From the NCBI GenBank assembly GCA_000004695.1, contig CM000151.3:8352001-8416000 (forward strand): a stretch of 64,000 nucleotides of DNA, in the 5' to 3' direction. The stretch is from Dictyostelium discoideum (taxonomy: Eukaryota). This document shows, piece after piece, positions 38,719 through 54,381 of the stretch; the first letter of the stretch is position 1; each line of letters begins with the position of its first letter. Below the pieces are notes generated by a model, which had not been told where the DNA came from, made no database searches, and saw only the letters and a program-made list of their open reading frames with translations. A program made the translations under genes and the position numbers.

Positions 38719-40199
38719 ATGAATAAAATTATAATATTAATAATAATATTATTTTTTAAATTTATTCAAAGTCAAATAGATATTATAGAAATTAAATCAG
38801 ATAATACACTCTATATAAAAAATCCAGAAAAATCAAAATCAGATTTTTGTAGTTTCTCTTTTACGTATCTAACAATTTTCCCAGAACCTAAATTTGAAAC
38901 TGAAGGATCTATAATAGGTATTTTCGAAAATGCCCCATTTACTCAATTATATTTACTAGCAAATGATACATGTTCTCTTAATGAATATATTATTCCAAAG
39001 ATTACTTTTGGTAATTATGTTTTTTCTGTAAAATCAAACTCAACATCAGGTGAAAAATTTTTATCTACTTATTTTTCATGTGAACGTATGTGTATTAATA
39101 ATTATTAAATAAAATAAATAAATAAATTAATAAATATTTTATTAAAATAAAATGTTTACTCTTTTTTATAGCAATTGATGTTTCAAAATTAAAATTTTCA
39201 TTTACCCCATATCCAATATCTCTAAGACATACACCTTATCAAAAGGGTGTTTTGAGAATTGTTGGATTAAATAGCTCATGCTCTTTAGAAAGTATACCTT
39301 ATTATCAATTACAAGATACTGGATTTGGTTATTATTATATACCAAACTTTAATGATTTTTCTTTGAATGATGAAAATGCAACTTTTCTTTTTTTTAATTC
39401 AAGTTATACAATGACAATTCCAACAATTTATAAAAGTAATTATACTATTTTTAATAAATCTTGTAAAAAAAAAAAAAAAAATAATAATAATTATTTATTT
39501 TTAGATTATAGTAATATTATTGGTGAAATAAAACCATATCCAAATAAGGATAATGTAATTAAATTAGGAAAGTATCAAGGCCCATTCTTTACATTTCAAA
39601 CTTATTTTAGTTCAGATGATACTCCATATTTTATAATAAAACCAGATTTTTCTCCTCCAGTTTTATTATATGGATCAGAGATAAATAATAGTTACACATA
39701 TGCAAATACTCAATCATTTGGTAATTTCAATGCATCTTTATACTCTCAAAAATTTAGTGAAGTAGTAAATGTTTATAATTTTCTTAAAAATGTTAAACGT
39801 GAGTATTGTTTAATTAAAAAAAAAAAAAAAAATAATAATAAAAAATTAATTATATTTTTTTATTTTTATTATTTTAGAATATAATTTGAGTGTTATGCCT
39901 TCAAGTGCAGATATATCATATAAAAATATTGGTAATTTTTCATTATTTACTATTGAAATTACAAATTCAGACCATTATGATTTCAGTAAATATGTTTATA
40001 TGATTAATTCATTTAGCTCTCCTTTATTGCAATGGCCTTATGGTTTTCTTAGTGGAAATAATAATAAGTATAATTTTCAAATAAGAGGTTTCAACTTACC
40101 CATACCAATGACTCAAACTTCTTCTTTTGTCAATATTAATTTTTTAAATAGTAACGGTATAACCCTTGGTATAAATTATAATACTATTGGTATGTGTTT

Positions 40200-40249
<50 letters not shown>

Positions 40250-40627
40250 ATTTAAATTCTAAACTTTTTTTTTACCAAATAAAAGAACCAGGATTTACAG
40301 AAATTGTAATGTTTAATTTTTCTCATTTATTTGACTCTACATATATTTTTAGAATAACAGTAAAACAAAATGGTGAAAATCTAGCAATCAAAGAGATTTT
40401 ATTAGGAACTCGATCATTTTCTTTCGATAAAATGATACCTGGTGGTAATAAAACTTTTGCAACATTTGAAATTGTTTATGATTATAGAAATGAATATTTT
40501 GAAACTATTGCTTTAGTAAATTCTCTTAATTTAATAAACACTTACCATAATGGTGATTGGTATTCAATTAATCCAATGTTACAACTTAAATTTCCGAATT
40601 TAAATGGTTAGTTATTTAGTTATTTAG

Positions 40628-40698
<71 letters not shown>

Positions 40699-40716
40699 TA
40701 TATTTTAATATTAATT

Positions 40717-40753
<37 letters not shown>

Positions 40754-43307
40754 GAAATTGATATCTTTTCAATAAAAGATATATCGTTTTTATATAATAA
40801 TGTTATAGTTTCAAATGAAAATGTATCAAATATAATTTATTTTAATATTTCAAATTTAGATAGTCACAATATACCTATATTTTCAATGAAATTAAATGAT
40901 CCAGTTTCAGAGAAAAATTTGAAATATTATTATTCAACATGGAGTGATAAATTGAAAATGTTTCAAATTGAATTCTTTATTCCTGCAAATACTTTATCAG
41001 GTATCTTACCTTATATTTTATTTTTATCACATACAGTACTTCTTAAAAGTTCTATTTTATCTTCTCAATTATATATAAAATCAAAATGTATGTATTTTTA
41101 AATAAAAAAAAAAAATAAATAAAAAAAACTAATTTTATATTTTTATAGATTTAGATAGTTATGGACCAATATTTAGTGAATTTAAAAATAAAACAATTAA
41201 CAGTACAACATTTGGATGGGAATTTTATATTGAAGATTCAATTAATGGATTTGATCATGGTGAAATTATAGTTAGAGGTGATTTAGATAGTTCGATTTAT
41301 AAATTTCAAATTTCATCATTAAATAATTTATTAATTGGTAATAAATATAGAGGAAAATATGAAATATTAATTAATTTACAAACTAATGTTTGTGCATCAC
41401 AAAATTATATAATAACAAATGTAAATTTATATGATACACAATCGAATTTAGCAACTTTTTCAAAATTAGATAATAATCAACAAATATCATATAAAACACC
41501 ATTTATAAATTATATGGATAATCCAGATATTTTAAAACATTTTAAAGATTGTGGAAACTATGAAGATGTAACACCACCAAAAGTAAACCATTTTGAAATG
41601 AAAAAGAATGGTAGTGAAATACTAGTATTTGATATATTGGTTGAAGATATTGAATCTGGTTTAAAGTATGACCAATATCCAATTGTATATTTAACAAGTG
41701 AATATTTAGATGTGGTTGAATGTATTTCAGAAATTATATCAATTAATTCAACCAATGCTAAATATAGATGTGAAATGAAGGTACCATATGGGTTTGGCTA
41801 TGGTTGTGGTGTATTAGTTGGTGTTTATGGTTTTATTAATAATGGAGGTTTTTATTCAGGTTTTGAAGAAAATTATGATGGTTCAATCATGGATTATAGT
41901 ATTTATCCAAATTTGGTAATTACCAATACAAGTTCTATAACTTCCAATGGTGATGGTAGTTTATGGATAATGGGTAGTGGATTCAATGGTTATATCAATG
42001 TTAAAGTTTATTATTCTGATACCAAATTAACGCCACCATCAGATAATTTGTCACCAATAATTATTTATTATTCAGCACTAATCATTACAGGATTAAAAGC
42101 AACTGATAAACCATTTACTATTCAAATTGAAATGACTAAAAGTTCAGAAACATATCTATCAAATATTTATACAGTTAATCCAGTTGTATTTGATTATAGT
42201 TATGTTGAACCAACAACAACACCATTACCAACAACTCCACCACAAAAATGTATAGGTTCACCAGAATGTGGTGGTTCAGGTCATGGTTATTGTAATGGGT
42301 TACAAGGATGTATATGTTATTCGCCATGGGTTGGATTGGGTTGTACTTCAAAAGTTGTAGTTATACCACCACCAAAATTAAATTCAACAACACCAACATC
42401 TGAATTACCAGTATTAGGTGAAGGTGAAAATAATAATAATAATAATAATTCAACAAATATATTATTTAAATCATTAATATCAATTGTATCATTAAGAGAA
42501 TTAAATTTTCAAGGTAATGTTGTAAATGAATTTAAATTTGAAAAATGGATTTATTCAGAAATCAATTCAAATAAACATCAATATTTTACAAATATTTCAG
42601 TATCACCAACAGTAAACTTTTTAACAACAAGTACTACTGATATTAAAGTAACAATTCAATGGTTCCCAAATCAAACTACAATAGAATTTGCTAATCAATC
42701 ATTAATAATGAATCCATCAACTGTTAAATATACAATTGAAGTTGGTAGTTATAATTTTAAGAATAAATTAAATCAACTTCAATTAGTTTTATCAGCATCA
42801 ATGGATTCAAGTAATACTAACAACATTTGTTCAAAATCTGAATTTGGTAATACAAATTCTGCAGACAATTCAAATTATGTTAAAATTCAAGTTGATAATC
42901 ATTCATTGTATGGTAGATTTATAAAGAGAGCGATAATTGATTCTCAAGTGATATCAATTGAAAATGAACAATTAGATTCTTCAATGAATCCGATTAATAA
43001 TGGATCATCATCCCAATCATTCATTGGTATTACAATTCCATATTATTTATATAATATAATACTTGATCCTGATTTCTCTGTATTAATAGATAGTAAAAAA
43101 GTTTCATCAAATGATGAAAACTCAATTTGTTCAAAATCATCATCAAATTCATCACTGACTGTTTCTCAATTAGCTGGTATCATTATAGCTTCTGCCGTCA
43201 TATTTTTAAGTATTTGTGCAGCTTTAATATTTATTTTAATTAAAAAAAGAAAACATACATTATTATTAATAATGGCAAAAGATATAGTTTTAAAAAGAAA
43301 GAAATAA
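38719..43307 (+). CDS. Large type-I membrane glycoprotein, paralog A: signal peptide, Cys-poor N-terminal repeats, IPT/TIG-like domain, EGF-like Cys module, TM helix, short basic tail; 7 exons, join(38719..39085,39172..39435,39505..39798,39878..40189,40286..40606,40755..41087,41149..43307); possibly Tgr (tiger)-family-like
   Basis: All six introns are phase 1 with GTATGT/GTAATT/GTGAGT/GTTAGT donors and (t)nAG acceptors; every junction is in frame. IPT-like motif YPNLVITNTSSITSNGDGSLWIMGSGF. EGF-like CIGSPECGGSGHGYCNGLQGCICYSPWVGLGCTS. TM LAGIIIASAVIFLSICAALIFILI followed by KKRKH. Confidence 0.65.
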
Positions 43308-43973
43308 ATAAATTAATTTTATTTTTGAAAACTAATAAAAAAAAAATAAAAAAAAAAAAAAAAAAGAAATGACCTAAAACCACATTTAGTATTCAAAATT
43401 ATCTTTTTAAATTTACTAAAAAAAATATATATAATATAACAATATTTTTTTTTTTTTTTTTTTTTTTTATTAATATTACTAATATCACACTCACAAAATA
43501 ATAATAAAACCATAAAAAAGTACATACCAAAAAAAAAAAAAAAAATAAATAAAACAACCAAATAATTTAAAAAAGTTGTTTTTTTTTTTGGTTATGAAAA
43601 TAGATCATTGATCTTTCTTTTATTTTTTTTTATATATTTTCTCATTTTTTTGTACTTTTCTTTGAAAAAATAAAAAATATATCAGATTTTTAAGTAAGTC
43701 CTCAGAATGTGCAAAGAACCACAAAAAAATTTTGAAAAGTGTAAAGAAAATTACTGGTTTCATATTTTTAAATAAAAATTGAAAATACCCATAAAAAAAA
43801 ACCCCATAAAATATCCAAAGATATTTTTTTAAAAATTATTAAAAAAACATTTTTTTTGAGAACCGCATTCTTTTCTTTTCACTTCATTTTTCAATCCTTT
43901 TTTTTTTTATTTTTAAATTTTGATATAAAAAAAAATTTTATTTTATTTTTACCAAAATGATTTCATAAATATG

Positions 43974-43974
<1 letters not shown>

Positions 43975-44048
<74 letters not shown>

Positions 44049-44085
44049 AATAAATAAAATAAATAAATAAAATAAATAAATAAAA
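43975..44085. repeat. (AAAT)n microsatellite immediately upstream of paralog B. A similar (TATTTATT)n run at 40617-40700 lies inside paralog A intron 5.
   Basis: Direct reading. Confidence 0.9.
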
Positions 44086-44088
44086 AAA

Positions 44089-47000
44089 ATGAAAAATATA
44101 AATATTATTATTTTATTATTTTTATTAAATGTTTATAATATCAATTGTCAAAGTTTAAATATAATTGATGTATCTCTTGGGAGTAATAGTTTATATCCTT
44201 TGACATCGGATCAAATTGTTTGTTATCTTCAATTAGAAATTCAAGTAATTTCCACATTTAGTGGTTGGTATTCATTTAGTATACCATATTCAAGTGATCC
44301 TTATTTCCCAAATTCAAATTATGTTTTAACATCTCCCGTTTCAAATTCAACTAATACGATTTTTATATATCAAAATCAACCAATACCTTATGGGACTCAT
44401 TCATTTACGATATATTCAGATTTACTACTTTATAATGGTACAGGTTTTGTTCAAATCCTTACAAGTTCTTTTCAAACTGAATATACATGTAATAGTAAGT
44501 ATGAAAATTATATATATACAAATAAATTATTTTAAAAATGATTTTTTTATTAATCACAAATAAATAAATAATAATAAAAAAAAAAAAAAAAGGAATTGAT
44601 GTAAATTTAATACAATTAAATTTCATACCTACAATAAGATCATTTGATCCCAATTCAATGAGAATGGGTGTGTTAAAAGTAAATGGATTACATAATAGTT
44701 GTACTCTTTCGACATCAATTGGTTTTTTACCAGATGGAGGTTCAAATAATTATTGGGTTTTAAATTTTCAAACTCCTTTATCAATTGCTACCAATTCTTT
44801 AAATTTAACAATTTGGTTTGCTGATAAAACTTTTTATATTGATATACCGTCAATATATAAAAGTAGGTAAATTAATTTATTATTATTATTATAATTATTT
44901 TTATTGAATGATTATTTTAAATTATTAATTAAAATTTATTAAGCATTTATTGGTAGCTTTAGTCCTATTACACTATATCCAAATCAAATTAATATTACTA
45001 GATTTGGAATTAATGAATTTCCATTATTCTCTTTTACTGTGGATTCTAAAGATTATCCATATATATTTTATGATAGAGATGTAAGAAGTCCAGTAGTAAT
45101 TGCATATGGTTCAAATGATAATTATACGTATATTGGTATTTTAAGTAATTCTGGTGCATTAACTCAAACTGGTATATATGCACTACAAGGTGACAATATT
45201 AATTTAATTAATAATGTTACAACAGATATTTCAAGTAAGATTAATTATATATATATAAAAAGGATAAAAATTATAATTTATAATATTAATAGGTCATTTT
45301 GATTAATAATAATAATAAATAAATAGGCTTTGTTACAAATGTGATACCATCAACAGGAACCGTTTCAAATTTTTCAAAGATTGGTTCATCAAATATATTT
45401 TCAGTATCATTTGATGGATTTCAAAGTTATGATTTAAATGATTACCAAATAACATTTCAAACTTTATATTCAATAACTCAATGGCCATTTGGTTTCTCTG
45501 GATCAAATAAGAATTTTACATTTGATGCATCATTTTTATTGTCACAAAACTCATCATTAGGAGATCAAAGCATGTTATCAATTTTTCCTTTAAATAATTA
45601 CGGAACTCAATTTAGTGTATACATACCTTTAAATTACCCTGAAAATGGTGGTATGTATTATTAATAATTATAATTTTATTGGGTTTATAATATATATTTA
45701 TTATTCTTTATATTTTTTTTTTAAAAAAATGATAGTAAGTTCACGTATTATTATTACAGATTTTAAAGTGATTCATTTGTTTGATTTCAAATATATTGTT
45801 AGAATGGCCTTTATAATTAATGGTCAACCTTATCCTTTGACATCTATTTCAATAAATGATAAAATATATAAATATGAAAATTTGGCATCAGGTGATTTGA
45901 GTAATGGTGTTTTTGAATTTATTTGGGATTATAAATTCTACATTAATACGATATCCATTAGAACTTTTGCAAATAACGTTTATACTTTAAATTCAAATGA
46001 TTTTTACTCAATAGGCCCAAATAAAAGAATTACTTTCCCTACTTTTAAAAGTAATTATAAATTTATTTATATTTTTATATATTGATTATATATATACTAA
46101 CCAATTAATTTATTATTATTATAATAGCATATGATATTAGTTCAATAAAAGATATTACCTTTTTATATAATAACGTCAATATAACAAATAAATCAGTTTC
46201 AAATATAATGTATTTCAAAATTAATGGATTTAATCCACAAAATCAAACTGCACCAACAATTTGTCTTTTATTAGTGGACCCAGTTTCAACATTTGCTCCT
46301 ACATTAGAACCAGATTCTGGAAAATATTGTTCGAAATGGAATAAAGTTATGGGTGTATTTCAAATTGAATTTATTATACCTTCAAATACACTTTCTGGAG
46401 TTTTACCATACAATTTAATATTTAATCAATATTATTCAATTGAAAGTTCAACACTTTCAAATTCTTCACAACTCTTTATATATTCAAATTGTATGTATTT
46501 TTTTAAAAAAAAAAAAATAATAAAAAAAAAAAAAATTATTAACTTTTAATTTCTATTTTTATAGATTTTGATGCTTATGGACCAATATTTAGTGAATTTA
46601 AAAATAAAACAATTAATAGTACAACATTTGGATGGGAATTTTATATTGAAGATTCAATTAATGGATTTGATCATGGTGAAATTATAGTTAGAGGTGATTT
46701 AGATAGTTCGATTTATAAATTTTATTTAACAATAAATAATTTATTAATTGGTAATAAATATAGAGGAAAATATGAAATATTAATTAATTTACAAACTAAT
46801 GTTTGTGCATCACAAAATTATATAATAACAAATGTGAATTTATATGATACACAATCAAATATAGCAATACATACAAGATTGAATGGTTATAAATATGATT
46901 CGGTAAAAACACCTTTTATAAATTATTTAGATAATTCAGACATTTTACTATTTAATTTACAATGTGGTAGTTTTATTGATGATACTCCGCCACTATTAAA

Positions 47001-48726
47001 ATCATTTGAAATGATTAATTTAATAAATGTAAATCAAAGTTTAATATTTAATTTTGAAGCACAAGATATTGAATCTGGTTTAAAGTATGCTCAATATCCA
47101 ATTGTTTATGCAACCACTTTACATACTGGTATAATTGAATGTGTTTCAAAAATTGTATCAATTAATTCAACCTATGCTAAATACAGATGTGATATGGAAT
47201 TACCTTTTGGCTTTGCTTATGGTCATGATGTAATTTTCACAGTTTATGGGTTTGTTAATAATGGTGGTTATTATTCTGGTTATTCATATGATAAGTTGGT
47301 TGAAATGGGGTTAAATCATAGTATCACATCAATGAATATATATTGGAAATTAGTGATTACCAATTCAAGCTCAATAACGCCAAGTGGTGGAGATTTATGG
47401 GTAATGGGTAAAAGTTTTTCAAATTTTATTTTTAAAAGTGTAAATGTAATTTATTCAGATACTTCATTGACACCTGATAATTTAAAACCAATTGATAGTT
47501 CATTCTATAGTAGTGTATTTTTAATAAGTGGTATTAAAGCAACCAATAAATCATTTACAATTCAAATTATTTCAACAAATGGTAATTCAAATATTTATAC
47601 AGTTCAACCAATTAATTTCCTTTATGATTATATTGATACAAATCAACCACCACCAACAAACCCACCACAAAAATGTATAGGTTCACCAGTATGTGGAGGT
47701 TTAGATCATGGTTATTGTAATGGGCTACAAGGATGTGTATGTTATTCGCCATGGGTTGGATTAGGTTGTACTTCAAAAGTTGTAGTTATACCACCACCAA
47801 AATTAAATTCAACAACACCAACATCTGAATTACCAGTATTAGGTGAAGGTGAAAATAATAATTCAACAAATATATTATTTAAATCATTAGTATCAATTGT
47901 ATCATTAAGAGAATTAAATTTTCAAGGTAATGTTGTAAATGAATTTAAATTTGAAAAATGGATTTATTCAGAAATCAATTCAAATAAACATCAATATTTT
48001 ACAAGTATAAATGTACCATCAACAACATTAAACTCGAATGAAACTACTAGTACTAATATTATGGCAACAATTCAATGGTTCCCAAATCAAACAAATATTC
48101 AATTTGCTAATCAACTATTAACAATGAATCCATCAACTGTTAAATATACAATTGAAATTGGTAGTTATAATTTTAAGAATAAATTAAATCAACTTCAACT
48201 AGTTTTATCAGCATCAATGGATTCAAGTAATACTAATAACATTTGCTCAAAATCTGAATTTGGTAATACAAATTCCGATGATAATTCAAACTATGTTAAA
48301 ATTCAAGTTGATAATCATTCATTGTATGGTAGATTTATAAAGAGAGCGATAATTGATTCTCAAGTGATATCAATTGAAAATGAACAATTAGATTCTTCAA
48401 TGAATCCAATTAATAGTGCATCATCATCTCAATCATTCATTGGTATTACAATTCCATATTATAGATTTGGTATTACACTTGATCCTGATTTCTCTGTATT
48501 GGTTGATGATAAATCTGTTTCAAGTGGTGATGATTCCATTTGTTCAAAATCATCATCATTAACCAATGGTCAATTGGCTGGTATTATAGTTGGTGCCACT
48601 ATATTTGCAAGCATTTGTATTGTTGCTTTAATTATTTTAATTAAAAAAAGAAGACATCTCCTATTATTATTAAGAGCAAAAGATATAGTTTTAGCTGTTA
48701 GAAAACCAAATTATTCAAATAATTAA
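44089..48726 (+). CDS. Large type-I membrane glycoprotein, paralog B (tandem duplicate of paralog A, same 7-exon phase-1 structure); join(44089..44494,44593..44862,44944..45234,45327..45650,45736..46050,46128..46490,46565..48726)
   Basis: Exon-by-exon collinear with paralog A (135/89/96/107/104/120/719 codons versus 122/87/97/103/106/110/718). N-terminal exons are about 30-40% identical. The last roughly 800 bp of the final exon, including the EGF-like module and TM, is nearly identical to paralog A at the nucleotide level. Confidence 0.65.
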
Positions 48727-48862
48727 AATATTGTAAAAAAAAATAAAAAATAAAAAATTAAATTTAAAACAACTCCATTGTCTTTTAAAAATATAAAACC
48801 ATTACCATTACTATTTTGTAAAGATTTACAACAAATTTATGAAATTTAAATAATGAATAATT

Positions 48863-48893
<31 letters not shown>

Positions 48894-49300
48894 GATAATA
48901 ATTAATAATTTAAAAAATAATATTTTCATAATTCTAAAAAAACCCTTTTCAACTTTCCTTTCTTTAAGTTTTTCTTTAATTTCGAATATAATTTTTTTGG
49001 TAAAAAATAAAATGTTAATAATATTTGGTTAGCACTTTTTTTTTTTTTTTTGAATTAAAATTATTATTGATACTTTTTTTATTGTTCTATATTTTCACCA
49101 CTACTAACTCTTATATTAAGATTTTGTAAAGAAGCACCAGGAGATAAAGCTGGAGTAGAAGGATGTTTGAACCAATATTAAAAAAAAAAAAAAAAAAAAA
49201 AATGAAAACAAAAGAAAATAATTAAGAAAAAAAGAAAAAAAAAAATAATAAGCCAACAATACTAAGTAACAAAATAAGAATTTCTTAGTCCACAAAAGTG

Positions 49301-49331
<31 letters not shown>

Positions 49332-49461
49332 AAAAATTTGAGATATACCAATATTAATACATTTTTTTTTTTTATTTTATTTTTTTAAACTTTTTTTTTT
49401 TTTTATTTTTATTTTTTTTTTATCAAAACTAAAAATAAATATAATAATAATAATAATAAAA

Positions 49462-50411
<950 letters not shown>

Positions 50412-50662
50412 AATTATACCAAAAAAAAAAAAATATATTCTTGCTTTTTTCAAAGGTTACCTAAAGAAACCAAAACAAGAAGTGGGACAAATGTAAGAAA
50501 TTAAATATATTTGGGTTGCGTTTAATTTAACTATTTTTTATTTTTTTTTTATTTTTTTTATTTTTATTTTTATTTTTAATTTTTTTTTATTTTTTTAAAA
50601 TTTTCAATTTTATTTTTTTTTTTTTTTTTTTTTCGTCAAAAAAATCAAATATCGGCAACAAA

Positions 50663-50702
<40 letters not shown>

Positions 50703-50742
50703 TAAAACCATTATTGAAAAAGACATAAATATATAATAAATA

Positions 50743-53700
50743 ATGTCAGAACCAAAACCAACTCAACCAATCAAAGAGATTGATGAGGAAACTAAAAGAA
50801 AGAATGAAGAGAAAAAGAAAGCCAAAGAGGCAGAGAAAGCAGAGAAATTAGCAAAAATGAAAGAAAAGGAAGCTAAACAAGCAGCAGCAAAAGAAAAAGA
50901 ATTACAAAATAAACTTAAAAAAGAACAAGAGAAAAAAGAAAAAGAAGCTGAAGAAAAAGAAAAACAAGAAGCTGAAGAAAAAATTGTTAGAGAACATATT
51001 GAAAAAATTTTAAAAACCCCAAAGGGTGAAAAGAAAGGTAAATAATTTTATATTTTATATATATATATTATTTTTTTTCAAATGATTTATTAATATAAAA
51101 ATTTTATTATTATTATTAAAAAAAAAAAAAAAAAAGATGTTTCAAGTTTATTATCATCATATCATCCAACAGCAGTTGAATCAATTTGGTATGATTATTG
51201 GTTAGATAATGGATATTTTTCACCAGAGAAACAAATGGAGATTCAACCACATGTAGTTAAAGATAAAAAGTTTGTAATTGTTATTCCACCACCAAATGTT
51301 ACAGGTAGTTTACATTTAGGACATGCATTAACCAATTCAATTCAAGATGCAGTTGTTCGTTATCATCGTATGAAGGGTGAAGTTTGTTTATGGGTACCAG
51401 GTACAGATCATGCAGGTATTGCAACACAAGTAGTTGTAGAGAAAAAGATTTGGAAAGAGAATAAGATCACTCGTCATGATTTAGGTCGTGAAGGATTTAT
51501 AAAGAAAGTTTGGGAATGGAAAGGTGAATATGGTGCACGTATTCAAGGTCAATTGAAAAAGATGGGTTCATCAGTTGACTGGAGTCGTGAGGTATTCACA
51601 ATGGATGATCAACGTTCAAAAGCAGTAAATACAGCATTCATTCGTATGTTTAATGATGGTTTAATCGTTAGAACCACACGTTTAGTCAATTGGTCATGTG
51701 CATTGAAGACTGCCATCTCTGATATTGAGGTAGATTTCATCGATTTAGAGAAACACACTAAAATGTCAGTACCAGGTCATCAAGGTCAATATGATTTTGG
51801 TGTACTCTTTGAATTTGCCTACCAAGTCGAAGGTAGTGGTGAGGAATTGGTAGTTGCAACCACTCGTATCGAAACTATGTTGGCAGATACAGCAATTGCC
51901 ATTCATCCAGATGATACACGTTACACTCATCTTCATGGTAAATTTGCAATTCATCCATTGAATGGCCGTAAGATTCCAATCATTACCGATTCAGTTTTGG
52001 TAGATAAAGATTTTGGTACTGGTGTTGTCAAGATTACTCCATCACATGATCCAAACGATTATGAAACTGCACTTCGTCATGGTTTAGAGTTTATCAATCT
52101 TTTCACTGATGAAGGTTTAATCAATGAGAATGGTGGTGAACGTTTTGCTGGTATGAAACGTTTCGATGCTCGTAATGCTGTTGTTGAAGCATTGAAAGAG
52201 AAGAATCTTTTCAAGGGTATGAAGGATAACAAGATGAGATTAGGTCTTTGTTCACGTTCAAAGGATGTCATTGAACCAATGATTAAACCACAATGGTATG
52301 TTAAATGTGACGATATGGCAGCACGTGCCGTTAAGGCTGTTCGTGATGGTGATTTGAAAATCACTCCAAAGACTCATGAAGTAACTTGGTATCGTTGGTT
52401 AGAAGGTATTAAAGATTGGTGTGTCTCTAGACAATTATGGTGGGGTCATCGTATTCCAGCCTACCATTGTATTATCAAAGGTGTTAAATCAAATCCATAC
52501 GATACCAATCAATGGGTCGTTGGTGCCAATCAAGAGGAGGCCACTCAAAATGCAATCGAGAAATTTAAACTTTCAAGCAAAGATGATATCTTATCATTGG
52601 AACAAGATCCAGACGTTTTAGATACTTGGTTCTCAAGTGGTTTATTCCCATTCAGTGTTATGGGTTGGCCAGAACAAACTCAAGATATGCAAGATTATTA
52701 TCCAACAAGTCTCTTGGAAACTGGTTCCGATATTTTATTCTTTTGGGTTGCTCGTATGGTTATGATGGGTCAACAATTAACTGGTAAATTACCATTTGAA
52801 CAAGTTTTCCTTCATGCAATGGTTAGAGATTCACATGGTAGAAAAATGTCAAAATCATTGGGTAACGTTATCGATCCAAATGATGTAATTAAAGGTATCT
52901 CTTTGGATGAATTAATCGCTAAACTCTATGAAGGTAATTTAGATTCTAAAGAAATTGAAAAAGCAACCTCTGGTGTTAAATCCGATTTCCCAACTGGTAT
53001 TGCAGAGTGTGGTACTGATGCAATGAGATTTGCCCTTTGTGCTTACACTTCACAAGGTCGTGATATCAATTTAGATATTCAACGTGTCGTTGGTTATCGT
53101 AATTTCTGTAATAAGATTTGGAATGCCACTAGATTCGCTCATATGAAATTGGGTGATTCTTTCAAACCGGAATCATTTGATGCCTCAAAACTTTTACAAC
53201 AATCAAATGCTATCAATCTTTGGATTCTTAACGCTGCTCAACGTGCTATCACCCTCTCTGAAGAAGGTTTCAAAGAGTACGATTTTAGTAAGGTTACCAC
53301 TGCTATCTATAGTTTCTGGTTGAATGAAATGTGTGATGTTTATCTCGAAATGACCAAATCCATTTTCTCACTCGAAGAAGATTCACCAATTAAACAAAAA
53401 ACCAAAGAAACCCTTTACACTTGTATCGATATTGGTCTTCGTTTATTACATCCATTCATGCCATACCTCACCGAGGAGTTGTATCAATCATTACCACGTC
53501 GTCCAGAAGATGTCATTCCAACCATTATGTTATGTCCATACCCACAATCTCAATCATGTTGGGCCAATTCTGACATTGAGGAAGAAATGAAACAATGTCA
53601 AGATATCATCAAATCAATTCGTTCACTTCGTGCTACCTATACCATTCCAGCCTCTAAAAAACTTCACACTTATCTTCACGTTAAAAATCAAGAGAATCTC

Positions 53701-54060
53701 GAACGTTTCACTAAAAACTCTTCATTCATTCGTGTTTTAGCTTATGCCTCTGAACTCGAAGTTTCCATTAGTGATGAATCTCGTCCTGGTTGTATCGTTA
53801 ATGTTGTCAATGAAAATGTTTCAACCCTTTTAGATGTTAGAGGATCTGTTGATTTCAATCTTGAAATTGCTCGTCTCGAAACAAAGAAACAACAATTGGT
53901 CAAAAACTATGAAACTTTAGTTTCAAAAACTACCATACCTTCTTATGATAAAGTTCCACAAAATATCAGAGATGATAATACTCAAAAAATTAAAGCTTTA
54001 GATGAAGAAATTAATATTACAAACAAAACCATTGAAAGTTTTACAAAATTAAATATTTAA
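50743..54060 (+). CDS. Valyl-tRNA synthetase (class I aaRS) with a Lys-rich N-terminal extension; 2 exons, join(50743..51037,51137..54060), about 1072 aa
   Basis: HIGH motif (LHLGHALT), KMSKS ([12 protein letters not shown]), ValRS editing/CP1 and anticodon-binding regions, and a C-terminal coiled coil. Exon 1 is a KE-rich appended domain ending at g|GTAAAT. Acceptor aaaaag| is in frame (phase 1) with [22 protein letters not shown]... Confidence 0.9.
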
Positions 54061-54381
54061 AATTATAAATAATAATTAATAATAATAATAATAAAGTTTT
54101 AATTACTAAATTTAGTAATAAATAATAAAATAAAATAAAATAAAATAAAATAATTTAAAAAAAAAAAAATAAGTTTAATGTCAAAATTTTTGATTTCTTT
54201 TCTAAATTAAACTATTTTTTTTTTCAAATAATACTAATAAAATAATAAATAATTATTTAATAATTATTTTTTTTTTTTTGAATTTATTAATTTAATCAAA
54301 TTTTTTTTATTTTTTTTTTTATTGATTTTATTAATTTTTTATTTATTTGTTTAATTTATTTGTTTAGAGAAAAAAAAAAAA

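Noticed and set aside
49080-49140. GC-richer 60-bp segment that translates on the minus strand to ...HPSTPALSPGASLQNLNIRVSSGENIEQ*
   Set aside because: No acceptor site or ATG could be found, and an in-frame TAA lies immediately upstream. Probably 3' UTR of the preceding gene, or chance.
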